The position numbers and the translations under genes were made by a program. Of a stretch of DNA of 64,000 nucleotides, positions 63,882-64,000 are shown piece after piece. How positions within the stretch are numbered: the stretch's first letter is position 1; every line of letters starts with the position of its first letter. The DNA comes from Escherichia phage FL38. The stretch is taken from the sequence record PP400784; one strand, 5' to 3'. Below the pieces are notes generated by a model. It ran no database searches. It worked only from the letters and a program-made list of their open reading frames with translations, and was not told the DNA's origin.

Positions 63882-64000
63882 GTTTTCCTCTCAGTACAAT
63901 TCGTGAAATCTTCCCTTCATGATTTCGTTGGTTCTTGTCTTCACAGTTTACCCATTCAACAAGGTCTTTACCTAACTCGAAAGCCCATTCTCGGTCCTGC

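Noticed and set aside
1-64000. tRNA, rRNA, integrase or transposase genes
   Set aside because: No cloverleaf-like conserved tRNA features, no integrase/transposase motifs and no terminal inverted repeats noticed; the window is collinear with a lytic T4-like genome.
63846-64000. Partial minus-strand ORF at the right edge
   Set aside because: An open frame exists but would overlap the start of 63624..63881 by about 35 nt and cannot be validated without flanking sequence.

Overview
This window reads as one contiguous piece of a T4-like (Tevenvirinae-type) myophage genome; all calls are from reading the sequence and recalled T4 protein features, with no database search run. Plus strand, 1.7-12.1 kb: the late long-tail-fibre module (gp34, gp35, gp36, gp37) and holin t, with TATAAATA late-promoter motifs and intrinsic terminators. 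The remaining ~52 kb is a minus-strand early/middle module in T4 synteny order: rnh, then 52, rIIB, rIIA, 39, dexA, dda, 56, 61, 41, uvsX, 43, regA, 62, 44, 45, 46, 47, 55, nrdG, nrdD, 49, nrdC and dam, interspersed with many small ORFs of unknown function. The most interesting content is: (1) a multigene family of at least seven paralogous proteins, in two clusters flanking nrdG-nrdD, built from 1-3 copies of a ~95-aa domain plus a shared helical tail; (2) a recurring family of sigma70-like early promoters (GTTGACA -35) whose spacer or -10 is embedded in GC-rich inverted repeats, resembling the promoter-early stem-loop cassettes described for RB49-type phages; (3) a gp37 distal fibre that ends in an SDxRLK intramolecular-chaperone-type domain, with no gp38; (4) a signal-peptide protein with an LprI/DUF1311-like domain; (5) a partial CYTH-like ORF at the left edge; (6) a P-loop NTPase of unknown role. 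Several ORF-track starts look like read-through of promoters and were trimmed to internal ATGs with a Shine-Dalgarno; several sub-60-aa genes missing from the track are proposed from stop/start overlap.
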